DNA of 63,821 nt, counting the filler, from Phoronis australis (Eukaryota; Animalia; Phoronida): the NCBI GenBank assembly GCA_002633005.1. It is 11 parts of 11 records of this genome, joined end to end, with 100 filler letters (N's around TTAATTAATTAA, not from the genome) between each part and the next. Parts side by side here need not be neighbours in the genome. Positions count along the whole stretch, not along the records: positions 21,579 to 28,374 come from NMRA01002110.1; positions 28,475 to 34,995 come from NMRA01002152.1; positions 35,096 to 56,085 come from NMRA01001257.1; 8 more parts are not named here. One strand, 5' to 3'. This document shows, one piece after another, positions 23,468 to 35,640 of the stretch (position 1 is its first letter; the number at the start of each line of letters is the position of its first letter). Position numbers and translations under genes: made by a program. The notes beneath the pieces were generated by a model. The model was given only the letters and a program-made list of their open reading frames with translations, had not been told where the DNA came from and made no database searches.

Positions 23468-24388
23468 CATAGGCGGATTTAGGGGGGGCAGGGCCCCCCC
23501 CTTGGCTGCCGCAAAAAAATAAAACAGCTAGAGCGTAGGGAAATGTTGAGTTTCTTAATTAACCCCGGAAATTAAAATTATACGACTGAAACAAGATTTA
23601 AAGATTTAATTGTGTGCAGTTTTAGTGTTTGGGGGGGGGGGGCTCATATCCAATTTCAAGTTTCAAATTCGGAACGCGGCGCAATCGTAACGGAAATATG
23701 GATAAGTATAGGCTCTCTCGCGATATCTCAGGCGACCGGCAGTGGCGCTGAGCACTACGACTCCGTTTCCGTCGTCTGCTCCACTGTGCAATGAAGAAAA
23801 TTACTTCATTTTTTAAAGAAAATGGAATCTGAGTGATAGTGAAAAAACAGAAGCTGCTGGTAAGATGTCAATTTTAATCGAAGCCTTAGTGAATCTCTCT
23901 TTGTCAAACCTTAACTTAAGACGATTTCCAAAGTAATCGCGTCATTATTGCCAACACAAAAAACGGATTTGGTCTTTTGGGCAATTGAAGACTATTTTAA
24001 ATACAACAAATTTGTTACGAACTGATTGCACAAAATAAAAAACATGTAATAAGTATTACAAAAAGAAGGAGGTTTCACGTGCAAACGTTGTGGACCATAA
24101 ACAAGTAGGTCTCTTAGTATCAAATTAGTAGTTAAATCGTGGTGGTGCAGTGGTAAAGCACGCGCGCTGTGTCCGCTTGGTCGTGAGTTCTAGTCTGTCG
24201 CACTTACATTTTTTTCTGGCTGACACCTTTTTTCATTTTTTCTTGGATAGTACTTCGGGAACCAAGGAAAATGCTTGATTTTTAGAGGAAATAATGGAAA
24301 ATATCCTGGGTGGGAGGGGGGCAAACCCCCCTCTCGACCTCCCCCCGTTCGGTGCTATGCGCATCTACAATCGTGCTTTGAGTTAATG
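23468..24388 (-). mobile_element. ~0.9-kb non-autonomous DNA element (inverted copy of 45690-46579) containing a tRNA-like segment
   Basis: Begins CATAGGCGGATTTAGGGGGG; collinear with the reverse complement of 45690-46579. Confidence 0.8.
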
Positions 24389-25995
24389 NACGTCCCAGAC
24401 AGCAAGGTCATGTCAGATTCTAGTAGAACGAAACCTGTAAATGCCTGGGACCCGCCTTGACCGCACGCGACGAAACGACAACCATACAACTTAGCTTACC
24501 GTAAGAACCTTCATCAAACGGGGCAAAGGAACCGTAACAAAACGCGCATGTGAGGTAGGCCGATACAAAAGGCGAACAAACTTTGAGACGAAACGCAATA
24601 CATGTCTATACGTCAACTCCAAGTTTTTTACGGTACATCACGTACAGTCGCTCTTTGGCCTATTCCCGTTTCACTGCAACCTACTAGGCTCTTCGTCATT
24701 GCCGTGACTGCCGTGTTAACTTTGTGACAGTTACGGTAGCCTGAAATGAGGTTGTCTTGGGTGCCGGAAACATAATGTAAACCCATCATTAGCTTTAAAT
24801 TTCATGAAACAGTTATCTGAAAGAGAGTTTACTTATAACTTGGTGCTTGGTAAACCAGGCAGTCCTAATCGTCATTGCCCAGTGGTCTCGTGACCATCGA
24901 CCAGACAAAAAACCGACATGAAAATAGTTCCTCACTTCACGCTATTCCAGAAGTGCTCAGCGTGCTATAATGCAAATAGATAGTTTTTACAAACCCTTAT
25001 GCTGTTTACAATCATGTCATAGACTCGGACAATACAAAAATCCTGGCTCATAACAGCGCCAAAAAACACGCTAGATCTAAAAGAGTCTATTTATTAAGTC
25101 AAGATAGCGGATAACATCAACTGTGATGCTCATGCGATGGTTTGAGGACTTACATTAGATCTTATATAGCTTTTAAAGTTAAAATTATGTTTGAAAACTA
25201 TTCGCGAAATACTAGTCGAAACTAAAATTAAAATAGCCTCCAGGTGGTACACGAGGAGACTAAAAGTCCACCAATCGCTTTTGGAAATATAGCTATGGAC
25301 GCCCAAAAGAAACGCCTGGCACAATGAGTTACGCATGAAATGACCGTAATAGGCAGTAATGCCCCAAATTTGCCGAAATAGTTCCTATTGGTCCAAAACG
25401 ACCCAATCGCCAAAATGACCGTAATGGGTCAAAACAAAGGTCGAATTTGGTGGAGAAAATCATGCGTCCAAGGTCCCCAATTAATTTGCAAGTGGGACGT
25501 TCGAGTGAAATGTGGGACGGGCATCAGCAGCTAATGACGAAATACAGTCGAGTGAACGACTTCATATTATATATTGGTTACAAAAATTGGGGCATGTGCG
25601 TACCTTCAGCTTTTGTCAGTTCTGTGAATCTCGCTGCGACTGCAATATAATTGTCTCCCTGTGAAGCAAAACGCATTCAAATCCACGAATAAAGCGCGCT
25701 GCACCAAGAAAGGTACGATAAAAATATTAAAACGGGAAAACGTCATTTAGGAAAGTAAGATGTGTTTCTTTTTCTTGTCAATCTTCTAGGGCGAGTTTAC
25801 TTGAAGCAGTGGTAAGTGCTACAGTCTTCATAACAACAGTTGAACAACGTAAGCCAATCGGAATCAGTTGAAGAGGAGCATAGTGAAGAGGCCATGGTAA
25901 ATAAAATGCTTGCGATCAAGTAACATCTTTTATGTGTCAGATGAAGTCAATTCTTATGGATCTTCTGGCTTTGGTAACATTCCTATCTCAGCTTT

Positions 25996-26152
25996 CAGGG
26001 GATTATCTGGTATTTGAGTTTGGGGGGGGGCAGAGTATGAGCCAGGATTTTGATTTTGCCCGTCAGACATTCGCACCCACGAGCGGCCAAATGGGTGCTG
26101 AGAGAATTTTAGAGAGGAGCATGTGTGCCTTGACCCCCCAAATCCGCAACTG
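25996..26152. mobile_element. ~155-bp MITE with 5-bp TSD (GCTTT)
   Basis: CAGGGG...AATCCGCAACTG flanked by gcttt on both sides; homologous to the 37680 and 40757 copies. Confidence 0.75.
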
Positions 26153-26507
26153 GCTTTTTCCCCGTTTTCACTTGTTATTAACCATGGAGCTAATTATCTT
26201 GAAGTCAACCTGTCATTGTACAAGAGCTTGAAAGATTTATCACATAAATAAACGAGAAAGATGCGTGCTGCAGACTTTTATGACTAAAGATCTCCAAAAA
26301 AAAAAACGCCATGAACGCAAAGCGTATTTCCAAGCTTCTATTCAAGTGCTGCCAGAAATTAGTTTGTGTAAGAATATTCAGGTTTGTTTATTTGATACAA
26401 TTTCAGGCCTCATTTTCACTTGAAGCATGGAACTGTAGAGTTCTCTGCTTTAAAATACAGTTAATTAATCAAAACGTCGTCACCTTAATTTTATCCACAC
26501 TGCTTAC

Positions 26508-26624
26508 CTGAAAGTGCACAAGTTCTGGATGGACCAGTTGGTCCGTATTTGCTGGATAAGTGGACTTGTCAACTAAAAACTTGATCGTCTTTGCTTTGGC
26601 ATCCTCAGCATTTTGAATGAGTTC
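26508..26624 (-). CDS. Sacsin-like exon (ELIQNAED motif); upstream exons not found
   Basis: ELIQNAEDAKAKTIKFLVDKSTYPANTDQLVHPELVHFQ; tctcag / gtaagc; 117 nt. Confidence 0.92.
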
Positions 26625-26914
26625 CTGAGAAAACAATAAATGCACATACATGTAGAGCTCCATGATGCTTCTCATAACATTACGAGGATGGCGATGTTAA
26701 CTTGTCTGTTACTGCAGGTGTTACAGTGTTCAAACTTTGTGCTATTAAGTGTGTTTTCTTGTGAACACTCGTATATCCCTCTGCAATCAAAGCTTCGAAA
26801 ACGTAGCCATGTCACAATCAGGCCCTGAGCAGGTTTTCTGCTAACAGTATGAATAATTTTGACATAGCGATTTTTCTCACATGCCCTGGAATGTGTTACG
26901 GCACGACTGATTAA

Positions 26915-28374
26915 AGGAGAATGCCACCCAAAAACAACCTATTTTGTATCAATTTAGATCGAGTAATTCTACTCGATAACGGCACTTTCGGTTGCATTAC
27001 CTGACACCTGACGGCAGACGGAGGTGTTGAAATTATCCAATGACGTAATTGGTTTCACACGCAGTCTGTTCAGCAGTTCACCACACGGGTTAGTGGTGTC
27101 AGCTCATCGCTTGAATTCATCGTTTAACACCAATAAATCATCAAACCTCGATGTATAACCTTTAAAAATACACCGAGTGCTTATAAAAACGTGTTGTTTT
27201 ATTTCGCTGTTACGGATTTACTGGTATTTGGACACACCGTAGCCTACAAAGTTCGGCAGGCCAATTTATCAAGGTCCGTAGCATGAGTTTGGGGTCTGTT
27301 CGGAGATAAATTCGAAGTATTCTTCCGTGAAATACAATCGACAGGAGAACCTAGATCTGTGTTGTTTATACTTGTGATTTTTTGAGTTCTAAACACACAA
27401 AACGCTTGTTATACCGGCCAGTGGCTCGGAACCCGATCACTAGGCCCGGCATCGCGGCCAGACTGGACTCGTATCCCGGCCAGTGGCTCGAAACCCGATC
27501 AAGCCGTTCGCGGCCGCCTTGACTGGCACGAACATAAACCAGTTTGAGTTGGAAACTAAACCTTCAGTCACGAACAGGCTATAAAATACTGAGCCAAAGA
27601 AATAATGTGCACGTAATTATTTATGTGAATTAGCCTCGAAACTGAAAATCTACTTACTTGTCGGGGGCCGCGAAGTCGAGTTCCCCTTCCACAGACCGTC
27701 AGGGCAAAGGTTGTACAGTAACAATGATTTGAATATTGTATTTGCATTTCTAAATAAAGATTCCCCTAACATGTGACCATAGCATATAAAATCGAGTAAT
27801 TGTTTCACAACAGCTTTCTGTCAGTAAACACTGAATTAGCATGCGCTCACACGGCCTTGGTGCCCGGTTAATTACCTTTGTTGTCGGCATCAAAAGCCAG
27901 TAACGCAGTAGTTTATTCATTGATGACTTCTCAAAACATTTGCCGCTCGAAGGCTTTACAAATTGTATCTAATGAGACAGACTTTGTTTCAGTTTCATAT
28001 AAGCATTGGTTAGGATGAGAATAATTCATTTTGAAATAGAACGCAGAATAATAAACGTCTACTTGGCAACTCGCCCGGCGCCAATCCCGACTTAGTCAAG
28101 AGCTCATGCGACGAAGACTTCACGGGTCGGATCGTTAGGTTTCACAGGTTATCAGTTCGAACCGGAATACACTGATCAAGAAATACTAGAGAGGCACCGT
28201 GAACATGCACAGGCAACAGAACGTATGGATAGTTCTTCGGTTCACCGGAATTCGTCAGAGAAATCACTGTCGACGAAATACCGGCCACAGACACGGAGAT
28301 ATTTCACGGCTTCATACTTGCTATTAACAGCGTGCCTTTCATTCTTCACTACCGCAAGCTACTTCCTAAGCATT
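26915..28374 (+). mobile_element. Probable Kolobok-like element (left end only) upstream of the sacsin-like exon
   Basis: TTAA|AGGAGAATGCCACCC terminus; CpG-richer interior; right end not visible before the spacer. Confidence 0.45.
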
Positions 28375-28474
28375 NNNNNNNNNNNNNNNNNNNNNNNNNN
28401 NNNNNNNNNNNNNNNNNNTTAATTAATTAANNNNNNNNNNNNNNNNNNNNNNNNNNNNNNNNNNNNNNNNNNNN

Positions 28475-28752
28475 TGAATTGAGATAGGGCAGAAGGCTGG
28501 CTGAAAACATCATCAAGGGTCTGTAATGAACAGTATTTGATCAACTAGTGATGAATTGAGATAGGGCAGAAGGCTGGCTGAAAACATCATCAAGGGTCTG
28601 TAATGAACAGTATTTGATCAACTGGTGATGAATTGAGATAGGGCAGAAGGCTGGCTGAGCAGATCATCAAGGGCCTGCATCAACTAAGTGATAAATTGAA
28701 CAATGGCAGTAGGCTGGCTGAACACATCATTAACAGTATGTAATGAACAGAC
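28475..28752. repeat. 77-bp tandem repeat (~3.5 copies)
   Basis: tgaattgagatagggcagaaggctggctgaaaacatcatcaagggtctgtaatgaacagtatttgatcaactagtga; distal copies decay. Confidence 0.88.
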
Positions 28753-30859
28753 AGAACGGTACAGCAAACATTTTCCAAATTGGGACAGTTCCCAAAATTT
28801 GGGACACCCAATATTTAAGCAGAAATTGAAGTCTTTTGATTCTGAAGAGTGGGACACCTTTAGTTTTGGCTTTCATAATTTTCAAATTTCGAACACTTTG
28901 TTTTGAATCAAGAGTCTGAAAAACACTTGCCAGCTAATAAAATGATCGAAAATAGACGCCGATGCAATGCTTTCACAAATCCCCACGAAAATTTGAAACA
29001 TCGAAGTGAATCATTGTGTATTTGCCCGACATGTGTACTCTTTGAAATCCAACCAAAGCTGTGCTACCCAATGTTCTTGTTGGCAGTTTGTAACTACAGC
29101 CTCCTGCAGTGTAATGTTCCAATAATTCGTTGCAAGGTTAGTGCCAACGCGAAAGTTGAATCAGTGACCTACAATCAACACCTCCATTCGAGAAGCTAAG
29201 TATACAATTTGAAATGGAAAAATTCACAGCGAAAAACACCCGCCACGTTCTAACACTGATCCACTACTCGATTGTCATCAAAAGTTGTTGAACATGCAAA
29301 GTTAGACAAATCTAGGTGCGAACTCCCTTTCTTCGTTTGCTCGTTGCAGAGAGCATGAAGTTGTTTACCCATCAATTTTTGAGTGACCTCATAAAATGAC
29401 TGAAACTGTGACTGGCCAAAAACAATTAATGGGATTTAAATAAAAAATCTGATTGGACAGAAAATGTACTATGTCAGTATTAGATTGCACACGGACATTC
29501 AGAGCCTTATTAATTCAAGGACAAACTGGGAAAAGCTACATTTCAGAGTCTAAATACGTTTGAAAAATTCCAAATTGCAAACAAGTTCAGCGGAAAACAG
29601 TAAGTGGTGGAAAATCTTGAATCTTGAGGTCGAATTAGACGAGTTGATTGATTAAAATTTGAAGTTTTATTTGGTGGGTGAGGTTCCAGCTGAAGATGAT
29701 AGTAGAAAACTAAGCTCACATTTTATAAGGCATTACTCGCCCTGATCCTCTTTTCTATTTCCTCTTTTCTATTCACATTATCTTCATAAATATTCTCGTC
29801 ACAAATTACAGAAATCTGCCACATAAAAACGCCACTTAAAAAACAAAACAGATAATCTTCTTTTACTTAAGTGCCAAATACACAAGTTGACATGGAGCAG
29901 CTGACACTGAGTGAGTTGACACGGCGCAACTTTGTGTGAACACACACAGAACGACTTGCTGCTGTCGTGTCGTTTTTGTCACCAGGTTTTGAAGTAAAGC
30001 AACTTGTGCCCAATTATTTCGAGCTGAGTTCAATTATGCATCTAAACGAGAAACTGAGGGAAGGCGGTTGCAAACTTGCAATCATGCTACTTGCAGCTCC
30101 TGATGTATTGAATAGATTTACTTGTGTAATATGTGGAAAACTAAGTTTTACGTGAAACAACCATGCCTGCTGGAAACTTTGGAACCGAGAAAATGAGTTC
30201 TCAAAATTGTAACGAAGACAGATTTTTTCAAAATAATTTTTTGTGACACAAAATGGCAATGGTCTTGGAAAATGCGACTGTGTTATTGAGAATCTACCAG
30301 CATGCGATGTTGCCGATTTATATGCAACAGCAAGCTCGCCTCAACACACCTTTACCAATTTGAAAACAATGAAAACAAAATCATTTCAAATAGGAAGCTT
30401 ATGACCAAGCAAAACACCAGAACAAGACAATTTTTACAGACTCTACACAGATGAACGATAAAGTGCCAAATCCCCTCTGAAAACTCGCTCAGCACTTGGA
30501 CGACTAGATCTAGTGAATGTCCACTCACCCAATGCTTTTTCAGTCACATTGGTGACATCTGGTCAGGATAGTTGAAAATACGGAATTATCAATCAATAAC
30601 TGAGTTACACGAATTGACCCATTTCACGGTGAGAACCACAAGCATTATATTTTGTTTCATTACTAATTTCTTCCACCACAGGTGTTGTTTCGTTTCGCAA
30701 AACTTTGGCCAAATTGTTTTCAATGAGTTTTCTAGCTACAACCCTGTGTCTATAAGTTACATGTCTACAGGCCTGTGGCTAGCCTCAACATTAAGACGAA
30801 ATTAAGTACATTGCTCCCTCTATGACTCGGTCAGGAAATACTGTATGAACAACCAAGTC

Positions 30860-31300
30860 GGGGTCGGATAGACCCCCTGATCCTCCGATCATCAACTTCC
30901 CAGTGTGCATTCCTTATGTCAGAGGCATCTCCAAAAGGATTCAGGCTATTTACCGCAAACACAACACAAAGTTGTTTCACAAGCTGTTTACACTATTCGG
31001 TACGGATCTTCCCATCATTGAAAGATGTGTCAACCCCCTTGAGATGTATGCGGGTGATTTACGAATATAAATGTGGTGAGAATAGTGACAACTATATCAG
31101 TGAGATGGGTCACCAATTATCGACCAGGGGAAGGATCAACATAACCCCAACTTCAGACCTATTACTGTTATTCAAGAACACGTCAGAGGTCTACATCACC
31201 AGGTCTGTGATGAGGAGTTCAGTATATTACCGTAAGTCTACACCCTGATACGTGGAAGCGCAGCGTACGGGAGGCTATTGAGAACCAAGTCCACAGACGA
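30860..31300 (+). mobile_element. Decayed Penelope-like retroelement (GIY-YIG endonuclease remnant); partly duplicated at 31845-32417
   Basis: LKDVSTP...RVIYEYKCGENSDNYISEMGHQLSTR resembles the VIY..C..YIGET.R.L..R signature. Confidence 0.6.
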
Positions 31301-31578
31301 AGTTTGAACAGAGATCCTGGACTTGATCTCCTTGCGGCTAGGGGTTTCTCTTTCACGGGAATGTCCCATATTTTTTTCTGTTTTATTCCACGAGAGAGAG
31401 TGCACCTGGTGGTGAACCAAATCCGTGGGATACGGACGAAACGGCTGGTATACTGACAACCTCAAGGTACTAGGATGGCTTTTCGGTTCCAAAAGGAATC
31501 TATATTTGATATTATTATGTGATGATAGTTTCTCTGCTACTGCATGATACACTTGTCAATTGCTAGCTACCCGGTGAT

Positions 31579-31843
31579 TAGGCAATGACCATCGCCTCTG
31601 TTGGCCCGAACCAGAGGCGATGTAGAGGCTATAGGCGCTCTGTACGCCGGAAGCTTTTCGGCGAATTATGCCTCGCACCGACTAAACCATCAAAGTCACG
31701 TTGTTACAAATACCTTTTGCGCATAGAGGAACACCTTAGGAGGTTGTCGATGTGTTTAATTCCTTCCAACTCGAACAAATACTCCCGTTATGAAACTTTT
31801 TCTTCGAGCAGTCCCTATTTCAGTTCCCAAAATCGTGAACTCA
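31579..31843 (+). mobile_element. HINE-like terminal fragment inserted at a TT site
   Basis: Same sequence as 19479-19755; absent from the duplicate flank at 32417. Confidence 0.7.
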
Positions 31844-34800
31844 NTTCCCATCATTGAAAGATGTGTCAACCCCCTTGAGATGTATGCGGGTGATTTACGA
31901 ATATAAATGTGGTGAGAATACTGACAACTAAATCAGTGAGATGGGTCACCAATTATCGACCAGGGGAAGGATCAACATAACCCCAACTTCAGACCTATTA
32001 CTGTTATTCAAGAACACGTCAGAGGTCTACATCACCAGGTCTGTGATGAGGAGTTCAGTATATTACCGTAAGTCTACACCCTGATACGTGGAAGCGCAGC
32101 GTACGGGAGGCTATTGAGAACCAAGTCCACAGACGAAGTTTGAACAGAGATCCTGGACTTGATCTCCTTGCGGCTAGGGGTTTCTCCTTCACGGGAATGT
32201 CCCATGTTTTTTTTTTCTGTTTTATTCCACGAGAGAGAGTGCACCTGGTGGTGAACCAAATCCGTGGGATACGGACGAAACGGCTGTATACTGACAACCT
32301 CAAGGTACTAGGATGGCTTTTCGGTTCCAAAAGGAATCTATATTTGATATTATTATGTGATGATAGTTTCTCTGCTACTGCATGATACGCTTGTCAATTG
32401 CTAGCTACCCGGTGATTGGCTGCTGCCCAACGTTCGACTGGGATCATTCATCGACAATACCTGATCAATGAATGATTCCAATCGAAGATCAGGCAGCAGC
32501 AAATTCCAATGTAGGTCGCAATCAAAAAGCTTGCCACACAATGGCAAGACTGAGAACATCATGCACAACTTCCAACAGATTTCCTTCAAGATTTATAAAA
32601 TAAAGATGGTTTCCACTCTCTTTATTGCACATGTAGCGTATTAAGAGGTATGCTCTTCACAGATTCTGATAAGTTCCTGTGTGGAATTATCTTAAAAGGT
32701 CGCACACACAGGATCACAAAAACATGTGGTGAATGCAGTTCGTACAGCTATCATCTAAATTCTTCATAAGTCTATCTGTCACTATTATGCAGTAACTGCT
32801 TAAACTGGGTCATTGACATTAATTCCATTGTGAGGTCCTGTTCTTTCATTTTCCATGTTTCTTCAGTTAAAATACTAAGAATTGGGCATTCTTGACATTG
32901 AACAGTCGAGACCTCCGAGTTTTCAATTTCATTACATCCTATACCTCAAACTAAGACATAAGCACAAGTCGTTCATAAAGCACAAAGCACAAGTAAAGAT
33001 AGGTGTCTTTCAGTTTTGTTCCAGGGGTAATTACAAGGAACAATCCTAGCGGCGTTTGTGAAAACTGCATACGTGATTTGCACCTCGTTGGCAATGGTAG
33101 GACTTTTTTCAGCAACTACACTAAAAGCATGGAAAACAAACCTTGGCAAATAGTGCACAATACTTCTTTGTTTCTTGAACGTCCTTTTCATCGCAAAATA
33201 TAGCCTTTAACGAGGCAAATTGGTCGGTTGCAGTGCAAAGTATCATCTCACGTCTTCATCGCGGCCATGTGAAATATTTTCTCTGTCCTCATTCAACAAT
33301 GACGTCACGGGTAGGAGCGCCGTCAATCGGCGATTTCATTATTTTCCAAGAGATGACGTTGCAGCTGTGCCTGATCAGGGGCGCACGGATCGTCAGGGTG
33401 GACCCGTGGCAACCCGGTCGATAAGAAGATAGCCAAAAGTTTATGATTTACATAATTATGTATCTACAAAAGTCAAATGGGGGTGGGGGCAAGTGGCGAT
33501 AGAGAGGAATCTGAGGGAATTTTCACCGCTTGTCTGGGATCAAAGAGAGCGCGGCGCCGCCGATGACAGCATTGCCGGTGCGAGCAAGACCCAATTAAGT
33601 GTAATTGGCCAACCATAAACTGTAGTAAACATCTCTGTCTAAACATAATGGCGAATTTTCAAAATGTGCTAACCAATAAATTTCGTTCAAAACGAACACC
33701 ACGGCGGTATTCACTAGTTGGAAAAAAAAACAACCACAGTAAGGTTTTCGATTTTTAAAAATCGATGGACTATACTAAGCTAAAAACTACAAACATTAGG
33801 TACGATTGAAGATAAACGACCATGCGTATTGATATACTCGGAGGATTCACAAACGCTGATCAGAGTTAACAATATCACATGTATTATTCTTTTGATATTC
33901 TTCAATCTCGTTTAACCAGATTTTTGACAAGGAAACAGTTGTATTTAACTTGTGCCCGTTCTTATTTTTTATGACTGACAAAAAGCTAAGAATAGTTTGT
34001 AGTCATTGCAACCGAAATTGTCCAGAGATTCCAAAGTCTTTAGTTTGGCTATCGTCATATTTGCACTTTTTATATATTTTATTGAGTTCTAATAAGATTT
34101 AATTTGAACTAATGACACGTGTAGATTTGTTCGCTGTGAAATGATTAGTGAGTGTACCTGTAATTTGGAAAGTCCAGGAATGGGTTCACACTTAACTTAA
34201 CTAAGTTTCGATGGCCATCAAATTGACCACTGTTTTTGTATTTCGAATTTAAAGTTAAAGGATATCAACCCGATCCCGGTAAGCAAAAAAAACAAGAAGA
34301 CAGGTGTATTAAAAATGAAATAACAAAAACCGGTATAAAACATATTTAAAACCATCGTCGTTCCTTTGGGAAGTGGCCCTTGGTCACGATGAACACAAAC
34401 TTTTTTAGTCATTTTTAATATTTAAATGTACCATGTTAAAACTGCGTTCCACAGTTGCAGGCTGTAACTCTGTGCAATGCCAGAGAAAACCAATTTAGGT
34501 ATAATAACAACCATCTTTGTTGATACAGTAGTGCTAGCTATTACCTTTCCACCATCGATCTACATCAATACAAAGGGCGAGCTTAATTAGGCATCATAAA
34601 AGTTTTCTGGTGCTAAGGGAATCTGAGCGGTGACCAGTGTAAGCGAGAAATTCTCCACATGAATGCGTAACTTCCTTGTAAGCGTATTATTCACAGAATT
34701 CGACGTGTACCTGTCACTAAAATACGAGTCTGTAGTGTGTGTGGTTACGACACTGATAACGGTGAGACATGTAACTCTTAGGGTTTCAGTGTTCAGAAAA

Positions 34801-35095
34801 CAATTTCACTGAGCACCCTTAAACTCAGTGCTACCATACCAAATACTGAAATTGTTTCTGCGTGTGATGACCGGGTGGCAAACTGTACAGGATAATGTTA
34901 AGTCATGTCATTTTCAAGGCTAAAGTTAAGCTTTGGAGGATCCACTGAAGGGGTCTGGACCCTTTTTTCCCTTAATTTCAGTGATATCCAATCTANNNNN
35001 NNNNNNNNNNNNNNNNNNNNNNNNNNNNNNNNNNNNNNNTTAATTAATTAANNNNNNNNNNNNNNNNNNNNNNNNNNNNNNNNNNNNNNNNNNNN

Positions 35096-35640
35096 GTTGT
35101 ATCTCCCAAACCGTTTGCAGGATCTTTACTAAATTTAGCAAGTGTATTGATGTGATGTTGACAACGGACGATGACGACTTTAGGATGATTCTGACTACCG
35201 GTATGCCTCTAGTGGCAATTTTAGTATTTGCCTCTAGTGGCAATTTATAGTATTTTACATTGACCTCTGTATTTTCATAGGTCTTCAGGTGTATACTTTG
35301 TGTTACTTCGTGACTATGAAGGAAAAGTTCCAAGTAGAAATTTGTTTCTGGCATTCTAATGCTATGCTAATCTCGTATGTTGGTAAATTTGTTTTTATTC
35401 TATGTTTCTGTGGTGTTTTAAGCAACTGGTGTATAGGATGTGCTTGTATTATGAAGATTACTCACATTTTGCCCCTAGCCTATTGAGGAGACAATGACCA
35501 TGCCTTTCCATTTTGCTAAGTACAACATACTACATATATGCTCTCTACTGGCCACTTTGTGGTACCAATAAACAACCCTAGAAGGATACCGTATGCGGTG
35601 CAATTGTGGGCGCATTTCAACGCTCTGCGTTGCTCTTGTT
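35096..35640 (+). mobile_element. 3' part of HINE family 1 (same as 16332-16672)
   Basis: Near identity; ends tgtgggcgcatttcaacgctctgcgttgctcttgtt. Confidence 0.85.
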
